Assembly (NCBI RefSeq): GCF_964355755.1
Contig: NC_092677.1
Location: 9,260,101-9,324,100, forward strand
Direction of reading: 5' to 3'
DNA: 64,000 nucleotides
DNA from: Antedon mediterranea
Lineage: Eukaryota; Animalia; Echinodermata
The position numbers were made by a program, and so were the translations under genes. Positions 52,614 through 64,000 of this stretch are shown here, piece after piece (within the stretch, counting starts at the first letter, position 1; each line of letters opens with the position of its first letter). The notes below the pieces were generated by a model, which did not search any database, was not told the origin of the DNA, and saw only the letters and a program-made list of their open reading frames with translations.

Positions 52614-55600
52614 TTATACTGATGAAGCAACCATTTTGTTCACTTCTGGATTTAGCCAGTCTTGTGTTATATCATCTAAGTGACAGTCAAAATCTTGTAA
52701 GGATAAATAGGCTTTTGATCTTAAAAGACTAGATGTAACAGCTAGACAGGAATCTCCTTCAAGTTCCACACTGTTAAAAAAATAAACAAGATATTTGGCC
52801 TTAAACATTGTGTCTCCATTTTGAGAGACCATTATTCACTAATTTTAAAATACTGTATACTATACTACTGCAGAGCAATGTTCAATAGTTTTGCAGTTGG
52901 TTTGTGGATTTAAAAGCATTATAGTGATAGTGTTCCTACCTGTCCCTTGCTTTCTTCTTCCATTCATTGTTCACCGCTGTATACAGATCAAACACTGGCT
53001 CTTCACAATCCATAGATAGTCTACTGTTATCCATCTAAAAAAACAACACAACCTACATTACAGTGAGCAGTGTGTTGATTTCATTTTTTTTCCAGTCAGA
53101 TATTACCTTGTTTGAAGGGACTGCTGGATTTAGATTTTTCAATTGTAAAGCCCAACCACAGACACCCCTCAAACTAATTTGTTGAACATTTAAATGCAAT
53201 AAGATAAATTAGCTTCAACACTTCATGTCACAATTTTGAGTTCACTCACTCTCAAACCAATATCATAATAAATCCTAGATCCCCCAATACTCTTACTATA
53301 GCTATCTTGCAGAAATGTCTAATACCCTTTTCACAAACAGTAACAAGTTGTAACCAGGTTTGCAAAGTGTGAACACAATTTTCTGGAGATTTCACTAGGG
53401 ACCCTTGTGAAATGTCTGGACACAAACACACTGATGAGAGGCCTGTTTTTGTTCAAATAGCTCTCAACCATGATGTATTCATGTATAAAAAGTGTAATAA
53501 ATCAGGAGATCAAACCTGTTTACAAATTGTTATAAATTGCAACAATTTATGCAGATGTAAAAAAGCTACAAGTTTCTTATTCAACTAGTAAACTAGTTTA
53601 CAATGTCTGGTTGTGTAACTGTATTGAAGATTGAATCAGGAGAAATACACTTACCATAAACAGGCAAGCACCATTACAATTTGTATGCACCTTATCTGCA
53701 ATTCTTGTTGCCACTCCATTTGGTCTATAAGAAAAAACATTTGAATATTTAGGTTATGGAAAATTTTTTGATTTGTATTAAAAAAAAAAAAAGAAACAGG
53801 GCCATGGACGGCCAGCTTGAGGCAGACAAGGCGCTTGCCTCATCTGAAATTTTCCCTAATTCCCCAGCACAGATCGTCATATTTTATGTTAATAATTATA
53901 TTTAAAGCCTCGTCTGTTTTTAACTTTTCGCTCTGGCCACCTTGAGAAATAGAAGTTCTTACTTGTTATCATCAACTCTTTCATTTGCCTGATAGTATCC
54001 TGCTATAACTAGTCCATTCATATTACAGTACTCATCTATCTGTAATATAACAATTGATTTATTATTGTGTTTTTTGTCATTGATTTGGGTTTGCTTCTCT
54101 CCTCACTGTTTCTATTCAAGACAAGAGTGCGGTAATAATAGACCTGGGTGGTGAGGCAATCTAGGTCCTGAGGGTTCAAGGGTGCATCCCTTTGACCATT
54201 GGTGAAGGGTGCATCCCTTTGACCATTGGTGACATATATGTTTTTAATAATAGCATAGCATAGAAAGAAAGAAAAATTGTGATTAGTTAAAATTCTTGCG
54301 TAATATAATTTTCATATACAATATAAAACCCAATTCTATCGAACTGAATGGCTCGATGGTGTAAATGATGAGGCTATATGGGGTGGGGGGGGGGGTGTTG
54401 TGACTCTCTGCTTGACAATTTTTTCATCATTTGCCTAGACTAGAAGGATGGGTTTATGAGGGTCAATTAGCGATGTTTATGTTCGTGTGAGGACCAATCA
54501 CAACGTAGTTGATGTCAATTCTCTATTTTAATAATAAATGGCATGTGTTGTTAATTAGTCTTGACAAAGAAATGAAAATATTTCTTTTTGGCCGTTTCCA
54601 GCAGCTTGTAAGAGGGACCAGTTGTAAATGTATACAGTATTCTTTAAATAATTCTTATTGTGCGGATCGAGGTGACACTGACAGTGATGGTATAACAAAT
54701 TAAATTATTTATACTTAACACGTTCACTGCCACGGCGTATTTATACGTCAAAAATTGCGTGTCGCTACTTGCCAAGACGTAATACTACGTCAAAATCGTA
54801 GCACTTTTGTATTGTATGTAGAATCGCTGGCAGTGGTGATTGGAACAGGAATTATCGCATGGCAGTTTATGAATGATGTACGTAAACGATAATCTAAAAA
54901 TAAATGTCATATGTTTGTTTGTGTTTATTCCCTCATGCATTGAATATGGTTGATACGATGGCGCCCTCACACTCAATATAATCATCTCAAACATGTCATA
55001 AATTGCGCTAATAGTAAATAAAAATAATAAAGGATGAAATGATTCAGTGTGGTTTACTGTTTTTATCTCTCGATGATAGGTTTGACCGATTTTAGCGCGG
55101 AAAATCCCCGACGTATATTTACGTTCCTGGCAAAGTCAATAAAATTGTTGGACCATTGCCAGTGACGTATTTATACGTCTCAACGGTTTTTCCCGCCATC
55201 GTATTTTGAATGACATCATGATAGTCTGTGACCAGATGTTACACTTTCAAACTGTAATTTAATATGTAAACGGGACTTGGCACTGGGACAGAAATTACGG
55301 AAAATGCCTTGGCAGTCAATGTGTTAAAAGAATAAATATTTGTTTATTTCAAAAATTAAAAAAAAGAGGGACCGATCCAAAAAGAGTATACGTAATTAGA
55401 AATATGTCATGATACACAATTCTAGATTTGTATTTGACTAGCCTTTAGACTTAGGCCTATAAGATCACTTCCTCTATACAAACCTCAATGTAGAAACAAA
55501 TCAATTTGATCTCTTACCCGTAGTAACGCTATCTCAAGCATAGGGGCTAGCCCAAGACATTGATGAAACAACGGTACACAGTCGGCAAAATACACATTTT

Positions 55601-55724
55601 TTGCATTTAGTTTCTTTTTATCTGCTAACAATACCCCATTCACTGCACTATGGGGATATTTAGCAGCATGTAGAGCAAGTTTAACGTATGCTTTCACGTC
55701 AACTTTTACATGCAAGTCAGCCAT
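52614..55724 (-). CDS. EMC8: ER membrane protein complex subunit 8/9 (UPF0172), 5 exons
   Basis: Exons 55724-55518, 54039-53963, 53724-53655, 53034-52940 and 52770-52614 splice in frame. Motifs: AYVKLALHAAKYPHSAVNGVLL, DCVPLFH, LAPMLEIAL, IAGYYQANE, LQDFDCHLDDITQDWLNPEVN. Confidence 0.95.
54719..55323. mobile_element. piggyBac-like MITE with TTAA TSD in EMC8 intron 1
   Basis: ttaa|CACGTTCACTGCCA ... TGGCAGTCAATGTG|ttaa, with internal acgtat(a)ttatacgt repeats. Confidence 0.75.
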
Positions 55725-56785
55725 CGTGTTTAAATTGACCCGAATTTGACCCAGAAAGAACTTTATTTTTGAAAGATGAAAATTCACACAAAGAGTAGAA
55801 ACAAACAGTAATTGCAGCACAGTCTCTGTTTATTGCATTTTTATAGAAAGAAACTGGTCAAAATACACTATTTAACAGATCACTTGTTCAGAAAAAAAAT
55901 TAGCTAAAAATGTTGGTACTACTGTACTACGAATCAACACTAATCTAATGTTTGTTAAAAAAACAACTAAAATAGAAATGCGATTACTGCTATATTTGGA
56001 ACTTCATATATTTTATTTTTGTATTTCAAAATTAATTTATATTATATGAACAAATTGATAATAATGCTCACCATACACTGCAAAACAAGCTTATCTAAAA
56101 ATGTATTTTTCTTTTCATGTTTTATTATTATGTTTTATAATATTAATCATAATAATAGTAGTTATATTTTATTATCTTTTGTATTATGTATGTACATCAT
56201 CTGTATATTATATACTGAATTTTATTAATCATAATCATATTATATATATTCAACTTCAACAGTTTATCTATATATTCATGTAAATAAAGTCAATTAGAAT
56301 AATTATACAATGAAGAATCAAAATATATTTAATGAATACAAGCACAACATTTAAAAAGGAACAAACACGTAATATAATACTGTATTTAAAAAATCAAACA
56401 AAGTTTTTCTTCTTTGACTTAGTAAAAGCCAAGTAAGGAACAGAAAGAGCACACAATTATTCCATGCGTAGTACATTTAAAATAAAAGCATTCCTTCGCA
56501 AGGAAATAATATCTATAGCACATCTAACTTCTCTTTGGTAATCTTATCTGTTACATTAGGTTCTCCATGGAATGTTTCATGGTTTTTTCACTATACTGTA
56601 GATAATAATGCATTTCTCTAGTACCATTTAAGAATACCATACTAAAAACAAGCATAAACTCTAGTACTGTAAATAAACAATAAACACATCGAAAAGTAAC
56701 TTTATATCATTAGAGCCACTACATCATGCATAAGCCAACTACTCAATTTGTGGTAAAGGTCATGGATTGGTTACTCTCCCCAAGC

Positions 56786-57520
56786 TTAGTACAGCACTTC
56801 AACACAACACACTTTATAAAACTCTTTAAAGACATTTAATAGATTGACCAATGGGAACATGATAACGGCACCAACAAAAGACCCAATTTGTATTAAAGGT
56901 GACAGATATTGGTTACACCCAAAGTGTATGGTTAGTACAGCACTTCTTCAACACATATCACACTTTATAAAACTCTTCCAAGACATTAAAAACATTGACC
57001 GATGGGAACATGATAACGGCACCAACAAAAGAGTAGACCCAATTTGTATTAAAGGTGACAGATATTGGTTACACCCAAAGTGTATGGTTAGTACAGCACT
57101 TTTTCAACACATATCACACTTTATAAAACTCTTCAAAGACATTAAAAACATTGACCAATGGGAACATGATAACGGCACCAATGAAAGACCCAATTTGTAT
57201 TAAAGGTGACAGATATTGGTTACACCCAAAGTGTATGGTTAGTACAGCACTTTTTCAACACATATCACACTTTATAAAACTCTTCAAAGACATTAAAAAC
57301 ATTGACCAATGGGAACATGATAAAAACGGCACCAATGAAAGACCCAATTTGTATTAAAGGTGACAGATATTGGTTACACCCAAAGTGAATGGTTAGTACA
57401 GTACCTCTTCTACACACACATCCACTCCTTCACATGGGTCTTTATAATACTCTTCAAAGACATTAAAAACATTGACCAATGGGAACATGATAACGGCACC
57501 AACAAAAGACCCAATTTGTG
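56786..57520 (-). repeat. ~150-bp tandem repeat built from the SLC52A CDS end, stop codon and proximal 3' UTR (5 units including the genic one)
   Basis: ttagtacag (reverse complement of CTGTAC-TAA) near 56786, 56932, 57088, 57239 and 57393. Each unit carries QIGSF.GAVIMFPLVNVF-type sequence. Confidence 0.9.
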
Positions 57521-59099
57521 TTACTATGCCAAACCACAGCAGCAGGCGGCGGTTGTTAGGTTGACTGCGCATGATACCTCCTATTGTCGCCTTGACATAA
57601 GAGGATAATCCAGCCACTGACATCCAGGCCAAGATCTAGAAGGCAACAATATTGTAAGTTGTTTTTAAATTGGTTTATGAAATAAATAATTATGATGTTC
57701 AGTTCGATTTAGACAACAACATATTTTGTTAAAAGAATAAATGTAATACAGTATTTTGAATTTCTACCATGTTTTGTTACACCAAATAATGAAATTAATC
57801 AACTTGTTATTTTTAAAAAAGACAGAAGCTCACCACGAATACATCACCAGCAGCAGAGAATTGAAGGGGAGGCGTAGGACTCATGGCTGCCGTCAACATA
57901 CAGTAGGATCCTGCTAATGTGCATAGGAATGTTAGTACTGAAACCAGTGTGATACTTGAATACAACTTAAAGGAGACTGTCAGGTACACAATTGGCATAA
58001 CAATGTTGTCCAGAGCAGCTGCTAAATGGAAGGTCTGCATGCTATAAGGACCACAGGAGTAGGTCTGCACTGATGGCAGTATGGAGTTGGTAAGGGCATT
58101 GATCCATCCAAGAAGAACAAGCAGATAGATGACACGTCTTCTGCCAAGGAGTCCAAATGGTAGATTAAGACTTTTGATTTTGATGTCATCTGAATCTACA
58201 TTCTTATTTTCTTCAGTGTTTTCATCAGAATCTTTGTTAGACATCAATGAAGTATCTTGCTCTCTAACTTCACCATCTTCAGTATCTCTTTTCCCATTAC
58301 TCTTCAGCATATATGTACTGGTTGAAACATCCTCTACCTCTTGTGCTTTGTTCTTTATCTTTGAACGTTCTTTCTTGGCAACAGGTAGAAAATTCAATAG
58401 AACAAATGACGTACTACTAATAAATGTCATGACAAATAAAAATCCAAAAAACACTTCTGATGAAAATCTTCCTTTAGGATAAACAACCTCCCAGTCCCGG
58501 CATTGCAGCTCTACTGTGCTATTGCCTTCCATAGTTATATTTGTATATACATCTGATACTGGCACACATTTTGGTTGTTCACCAACACCTTGAATTAGGG
58601 TGACTATACTCGGTAAGAGGGCACTAAAGCCCTCTCCTATGAAATAGTACATCAGATACTTTCCCGGGAATCTTGATATAAATGGTAAATATGTCACAGG
58701 TGTTGTGCAAGCGATGGTGGAAAATAAAAATGTTAAAATCAGCATAATTGTGCTGTGCTCCATATTATCAACTTTCCAATATGTTGTTACATCCCAGAAA
58801 AATATCATCAAGAATGTTGATAATGAGGCCAGTGATATTAAAATGTAAATAACTGGAATTTCAAGTTTTTTATTCTTCGGCGCCCAATAAGTTGCAATTG
58901 TGAATAGGAACGGTCCAAGGTTTCCAGCCTGTGTGATGACAATCAGGTAAGAGCCCAACGTGTAACCTTCAGGTACACCAGACGCTACAAGAAGAGGTAA
59001 TTCTACCCATAATGCATTGATGGCTAACCATGTTCCAGAGCCAAACAACATAACAAGGAACAATACAGGCCAAGAAAAGCTATCTGGTTTTTCCTCCAT
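57393..59099 (-). CDS. SLC52A3: Riboflavin transporter of the SLC52A family (SLC52A3-like), 2 coding exons
   Basis: Exons 59099-57834 and 57635-57393 (phase 0). Motifs: FGSGTWLAINALWVELPLLV, PEGYTLGSYL..ITQAGNLGP, FIGEGFSALLPS, ALTNSILPSVQTYSCGPY, MSPTPPL, QIGSFVGAVIMFPLVNVF. The symbol denotes the family; the gene is probably co-orthologous to SLC52A1-3. Confidence 0.93.
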
Positions 59100-59651
59100 C
59101 TTTTCTGGTTAATCTTTTATGTTTCTAAAAGACAAAACAAAATCAATAATCACTAAAGTAAAGATTTTTTCCATTTCAGGTTCAATATTAATCTAGGAAG
59201 AATAGAGTCGGAAATTGTTTAAATAAAGAAAAAATTAGTGCAAGTCGAAATACAATCTACAGTGTAGGTGGGTTATTGGATGTGCGGTTCAAACAGTGGT
59301 AGTAAAATTGAGGCCAATGCTAATGCACTTTCACACCTAGGTGAGAATACAATAAAAAATACAGTAAAATAACCTCAATCAGTAAGTAGATTGAAGTCAG
59401 GTGCAAAGTTGCATTAGCCCCGATTTATTTGTTAAATTTTATTTGTGATTGACCTTTCAAATAATGAATGAGATCTAATTCTAAGCATTAGTTACAACAA
59501 ATTTGGAGTCAAAATACAACACAGGTGAGAAACGGATATAGCGCCCCTAATACTACCATACTACTATACTAGGACTAGTAGGCTAATTCCTCTCTCTATC
59601 GAGACCTCATGTGATGTATACTACTCTACTACTCTAGATAGAGGCTTTCTA

Positions 59652-61228
59652 GGCGCTACTGCAGTTTCGCACCACACCGTTATATCTTCGATTTCTTACC
59701 TAAACTTTCGTTTTTTACACTCACAACATAATATTATGTAACATGTTTATACGATTCGACCACTTACTAAGTAATTTTTTTTAAATAACAATACTTTTCA
59801 AAACATTTTAAACAATACTGAACTCGCTGTCCAACACACTGCGAAATGTTCGCCATCTTATATTTATCACTTAATTGCCAGAATTTATGCTTCATTTTAC
59901 CCCAAAAATTGTAGAAACTATAGAGGGCAGTGTTATAAAATCCGATTCAGAGCCATATATATAAAGAGTTACGACATTGGATTTAAGTCACGTGATATGC
60001 AGATCAATTTGTGTCAAACTTGTCTCCGTTAATGCATGTAAAGTATAGGAGCAAGAAATTACTTTAAACTTTTTCTTATATTAAAAAAAATGTAATTGCA
60101 CATTTTACGGTGGAATATCGACGTGCACAGCGTACAGAACCACCAAAGAATATTGCGCGCGCGTACGCTAGTACATTATAACGTTCGATTGATTGATTTT
60201 GGAACAAAACATCCCATAACTACGTCCCATTAATAACAATTATGTAATATTTTCAATTCATAATGCATGCTTTGATGACTAAATAAAATAATAAAGTGTC
60301 GTGGATATATTTGTTAATATATTGAATAGGTATGAACAATATTAAAATAATAAAGGCAAATTATTACAAATGAAATGATGAACGAGTCTCTGAAAGTTTG
60401 TGTCAAAAACACACAGAGAGCCATATACTGTATAAAAAGAGGGGTGAATTTGTGTGTTTTTTGTATTGGTTCATGCTTTGATGTATCCTGACTTGCATGT
60501 AGGCCCTAGCATTTATTCTTTTGTTATTATAGACACAATATATATATGTTACCAAATTAATACCATTAATAACTTTATTTACTAAAATAAAAACGGAATC
60601 TAAGCGTTATTTCATTGACAACAAAATCTAAAAATAATGCATGGAACTACAGGAAACGCTATACAAAAGAGACGCGCGCGCCCTCAGCGTGCGAATTCTT
60701 TGACACAAAAATGGCTTCTAATTTTCAATGTCGTAACTCTTTATATATATGGCTCTGATCCGATTACACATATAGGCCTAGGCCTATTTAGTTTTGAAAA
60801 ACAAGAAATGTTTTCAGCTGGCGAAATAATAAAGGTTAAATTAATATTTCATTATTATTAGTATTATTATTCATATTAATGGTTCCTATCAATGTTTTAT
60901 GTACGGACTCATATCGTCGCCGTTTTGATATGTACAGCTGGTTCTTTATAAAAACCACTCTTTGCAGTTTAAAAATAAAAACAGAAAATAAAACATACAT
61001 TGATTTCTGGCAATTTTCTGATTCTAAAATGGCCACAGTTCGATCGAAGTATTCGCGAAAAAAAGAGCTGTTTTGAAAGGCATTTTTTGTTATGTTAAAG
61101 GTAATTAACGGTGGCTAAATCATGGGAACATGTTACATAATGGCCCAAAATTGTATGATGTGGGTGTGAGAAAAAAATTAAGCGAGAAATCGAAGATAAA
61201 CAGTGTGGTGCGAAACTGCAGTAGCGCC
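59652..61228. mobile_element. Non-autonomous Mutator (MULE)-like element, 9-bp TSD GGCTTTCTA
   Basis: ggctttcta|GGCGCTACTGCAGTTTCGCACCACAC...CTTCGATTTCT ... AGAAATCGAAG...GTGTGGTGCGAAACTGCAGTAGCGCC|ggctttcta. Confidence 0.88.
59948..60757. mobile_element. hAT/P-like element with 8-bp TSD ATCCGATT, nested in the MULE
   Basis: atccgatt|CAGAGCCATATATATAAAGAGTTACGACATTG ... CAATGTCGTAACTCTTTATATATATGGCTCTG|atccgatt, a perfect 32-bp TIR. Confidence 0.9.
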
Positions 61229-61239
61229 GGCTTTCTATA

Positions 61240-61455
61240 AACTAGACTCTACCTGACTAAGCTAGCCAGCCAGGGTATCTGACTAAGCTAGCCAGCCAGG
61301 GCCTAGGTAAAGCCTGCTATACCTAACTAGCTAGGCCCTCTAGTAGGCTAGCCTAGCTAGCTAGGCCTAACCCTAAGTAAGCCTAGGCCTAGGCTAGCTA
61401 GAAAAGGTTAGGCCTAGTTTATAGTACTACTACTCTAGCTAGGCCTAGCCTAGAA
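61240..61455. repeat. CTAG/TAGGCCTA-rich tract
   Basis: Dense ctaggcctaggctagc words, like those in KIF15 intron 1. Confidence 0.75.
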
Positions 61456-61828
61456 AATGCTTTAAAAATTGAACTTCCAATACATCTCTAGGTTTATATA
61501 ATAACTTACAATATATGGTTTCCTTAATTATTAATTCATTATAAAATATATTTGAACAAAAACTTTGTGAATCATTTTCTTCGATACTAATACACCACAT
61601 AAACTTTTATGCCGTGCTCAACCATGCATAACAAATCAAGTTCTGCTGCTGGCTGCTTCATGCTCAGAAATCGTGGACCATATCTTCGATGCGTTTCGCG
61701 CGTCAAAAAAAAAAAGAAAATGAAATTGCTTGAAATAAAAAGTTAGATACTGTAAATTTCATTAACATTACAACTACAATATTTATTTGTTTTTACTATA
61801 TTTTGAAATATTTACATCGTTTTGGTCC

Positions 61829-63424
61829 CAGTGGTAGCGCCAGCGGGGGGGGGGGGATACGGGGGCTATATCCCCCTCGTCGGGGAGCCTAGCCCCCCCC
61901 CCCCTTCGTCGGGGAACACGGGTACTTTTTGTCGGGGAATATAATATACAGTAAAAAACGTTCGCGTTCACTTCATATAGCTTCAACGCCTAGAAAACCA
62001 CGACGTTCCATTGACCGTGAGAGTAGGCCTACGTCAGAGGGCTATTATGCACTTTTATGCATTCATTATTGCCAGAGATCTAACTACTAAACAATAGCTA
62101 GTACGGACTTGTTTGGCGGTATCCCTTTGTACGAATCGTTCACCGTTGGGTCGAGACGCGTGATATCATGTTCCATCTAGGGACCAAAATGTGTAATGTA
62201 GTTATTTTCCAGGCGAAGTTTACCGACGGTTACCGAAGGGAACACGGGTACTTTTTGTCGGGGAATATAATATTATACAGTACAGTAAAAAGCGTTCGCG
62301 TTCACTTCGTAGCTTCAGCGCCTAGAAAACCTCGACGTTTCATTGACCGTGTGAGTTCGTCAGAGTGATATTATGCACTTTATATGCATTCATTATTGCC
62401 AGCGATCTAACTTACTACTAAACAATAGCTAGGTACGCACTTGTCTGCCGGTATCCCTTTGTACGAATCGTTCAACGTTGGGTCGAGACGCGTGATATCA
62501 TGTTCCACCCAGGGACCAAAATGTGTACTGTAGTTATTTTCCAGGCGAAGTTTACCGACGGTTACGTCGTGTACTGTGTCGACGTACGCTACACTACAGC
62601 AAAAACGAATTATGTTAATTGTTCGTATGTTCACCAATGTTTTAATTTACAAGTAACCTTCTGTACCGTGGGGCACCTAAAATAAATATTTCATCCATTA
62701 CTAAACAAAAAAACATGCCATTTTCGCTTAGCCAACATAATATTATAGCTAAGTTATTAAATTTTCAATGTCCTGTATGTCATGAATTTCTCACCACTCG
62801 GAAGTCCAGATGGTACGCACGCATACACTTGGGAGGAATAAAGTTATTTCCCCGACTGAAAAAGGTCTACGCTTGCGTTTGTTAAGCCTCTGGGCCTGAT
62901 GTTTCCAAAGTATAAAATGCAATTTTTTGAAGACCTGCAGCTCTAGTTTTAAACATTTTCTTAGCTCAGCCCCAACAATAAAGCTGGTCATATTTCGAAG
63001 TACAAGAAGTGCATTTTCCGGGACCTAACATCTCTATTTCATATTTCATTTCTTAGCTCAGTCACAACCATGATAGGGATTTATATATTTTGTTTCATGT
63101 TTTGAAGTATAATAAAGTCCAATTTCCGGGACCTCCAACTCTATTTTAATTATTAAAAATATGGATTGAAACAGTCATCGCGCATCGTTTTTTTGCACGC
63201 AGTATTTTATTTATGCATTATAAAAAATGGAAAAAATTGCCACCCTAAATCTGATTAAAATGACCTCAAATAACACTAGAACGGGTTGCTTCCGGGGCTT
63301 CGCCCCCCTGGACCCCCACCGGGGGCCATTGGCGGCCTCCTGGTCCCCAGCCTAGTGATGCTCGCATATCCCCCTCGTCGGGGAATGTAGCCCCCGCGTC
63401 GGGAAGATCCTGGCACCACCGCTG
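61829..63424. mobile_element. hAT-like non-autonomous element with an internal ~325-bp duplication
   Basis: TIR CAGTGGTAGCGCCAG / CTGGCACCACCGCTG with gttttgg near both flanks and GC-rich subtermini (cccctcgtcgggga). About 61910-62235 is repeated at about 62238-62565. Confidence 0.7.
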
Positions 63425-63635
63425 GTTTTGGAGTGTTTTACCATGGAGATCGCTGATATAATTTTACAATTTCCCTTGTAGACGACACATGTACACGCAT
63501 ATTGCGTTATATTCATTTAACGGCGTCACACAGCAGAACCATTGAAGCGTGAATTCAACGTGGATTTTGTGAAAAGAGTGTGTGAATTTGTTTTATTGAT
63601 AAGATAGAATAGTCATATAAATCACATAAACAACA

Positions 63636-63712
63636 ATGGAAGTCAGACTTAACAAAATAAAATCTGCAATTATGGCGTATCAAGACTATCCTAAACCAGG
63701 CATCTTATTTCG
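63636..63712 (+). CDS. APRT: Adenine phosphoribosyltransferase, first coding exon; gene continues beyond the window
   Basis: MEVRLNKIKSAIMAYQDYPKPGILFR with a phase-2 donor CG|gtaata. This matches the APRT N-terminal (F/Y)PD(F/Y)PxPG(I/V)xFxD motif and the recalled position of intron 1. Confidence 0.85.
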
Positions 63713-64000
63713 GTAATAAATATGTTATTTTTTTTGTTTATATACTACTGTAATATAATAATTTTATTAGCCACAACAATTACACCGCAGGAGTGTAAAA
63801 GTAGTAAGTAACGTAGTAGTAGTGGTAGGAAAAAAAAGAGTTAATAACAGTTAGGCTTGTTAATAATACTTTGATCCTATGACAATGAACAAAGCCGGAG
63901 ATTAAGCCTCTTGCTTAAATCGGACATTCTTCATATACCTATTCGAAAAAGAATTTTTGTATTGTATTGACGAATTATTGGTAATTTATATACGTCGATT

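Noticed and set aside
56844-57608. Plus-strand ORFs of 68-119 aa
   Set aside because: Antisense readings of the SLC52A terminal tandem repeat.
58129-58482. 117-aa plus-strand ORF (likewise 22875-23183, 41707-41931, 46236-46430)
   Set aside because: Antisense shadows of real coding exons.

Overview
AT-rich, intron-containing animal DNA, probably an invertebrate deuterostome such as an echinoderm (inferred from gene content, TAGGCCTA enrichment and Deu-type SINEs). Gene order: 3' end of LRRCC1 (+), RBIS/C8orf59 (-), a two-exon secreted beta-lactamase-fold protein with bacterial/fungal-type C-terminal repeats (+), KIF15 (+, about 35 exons), EMC8/9 (-), an SLC52A riboflavin transporter (-) and the first coding exon of APRT (+). 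Many MITEs, SINEs and minisatellites are interspersed. The standout is a young BEL/Pao LTR element with both LTRs and an AGGGG TSD (44499-49344) in the last KIF15 intron. Its pol region is replaced by an in-frame coiled-coil carrying an AKAP9/pericentrin-like motif ([12 protein letters not shown]), suggesting a Gag fused to a captured host centrosomal scaffold. All homology calls are from recalled sequences, not database searches. Exon boundaries were read by eye.
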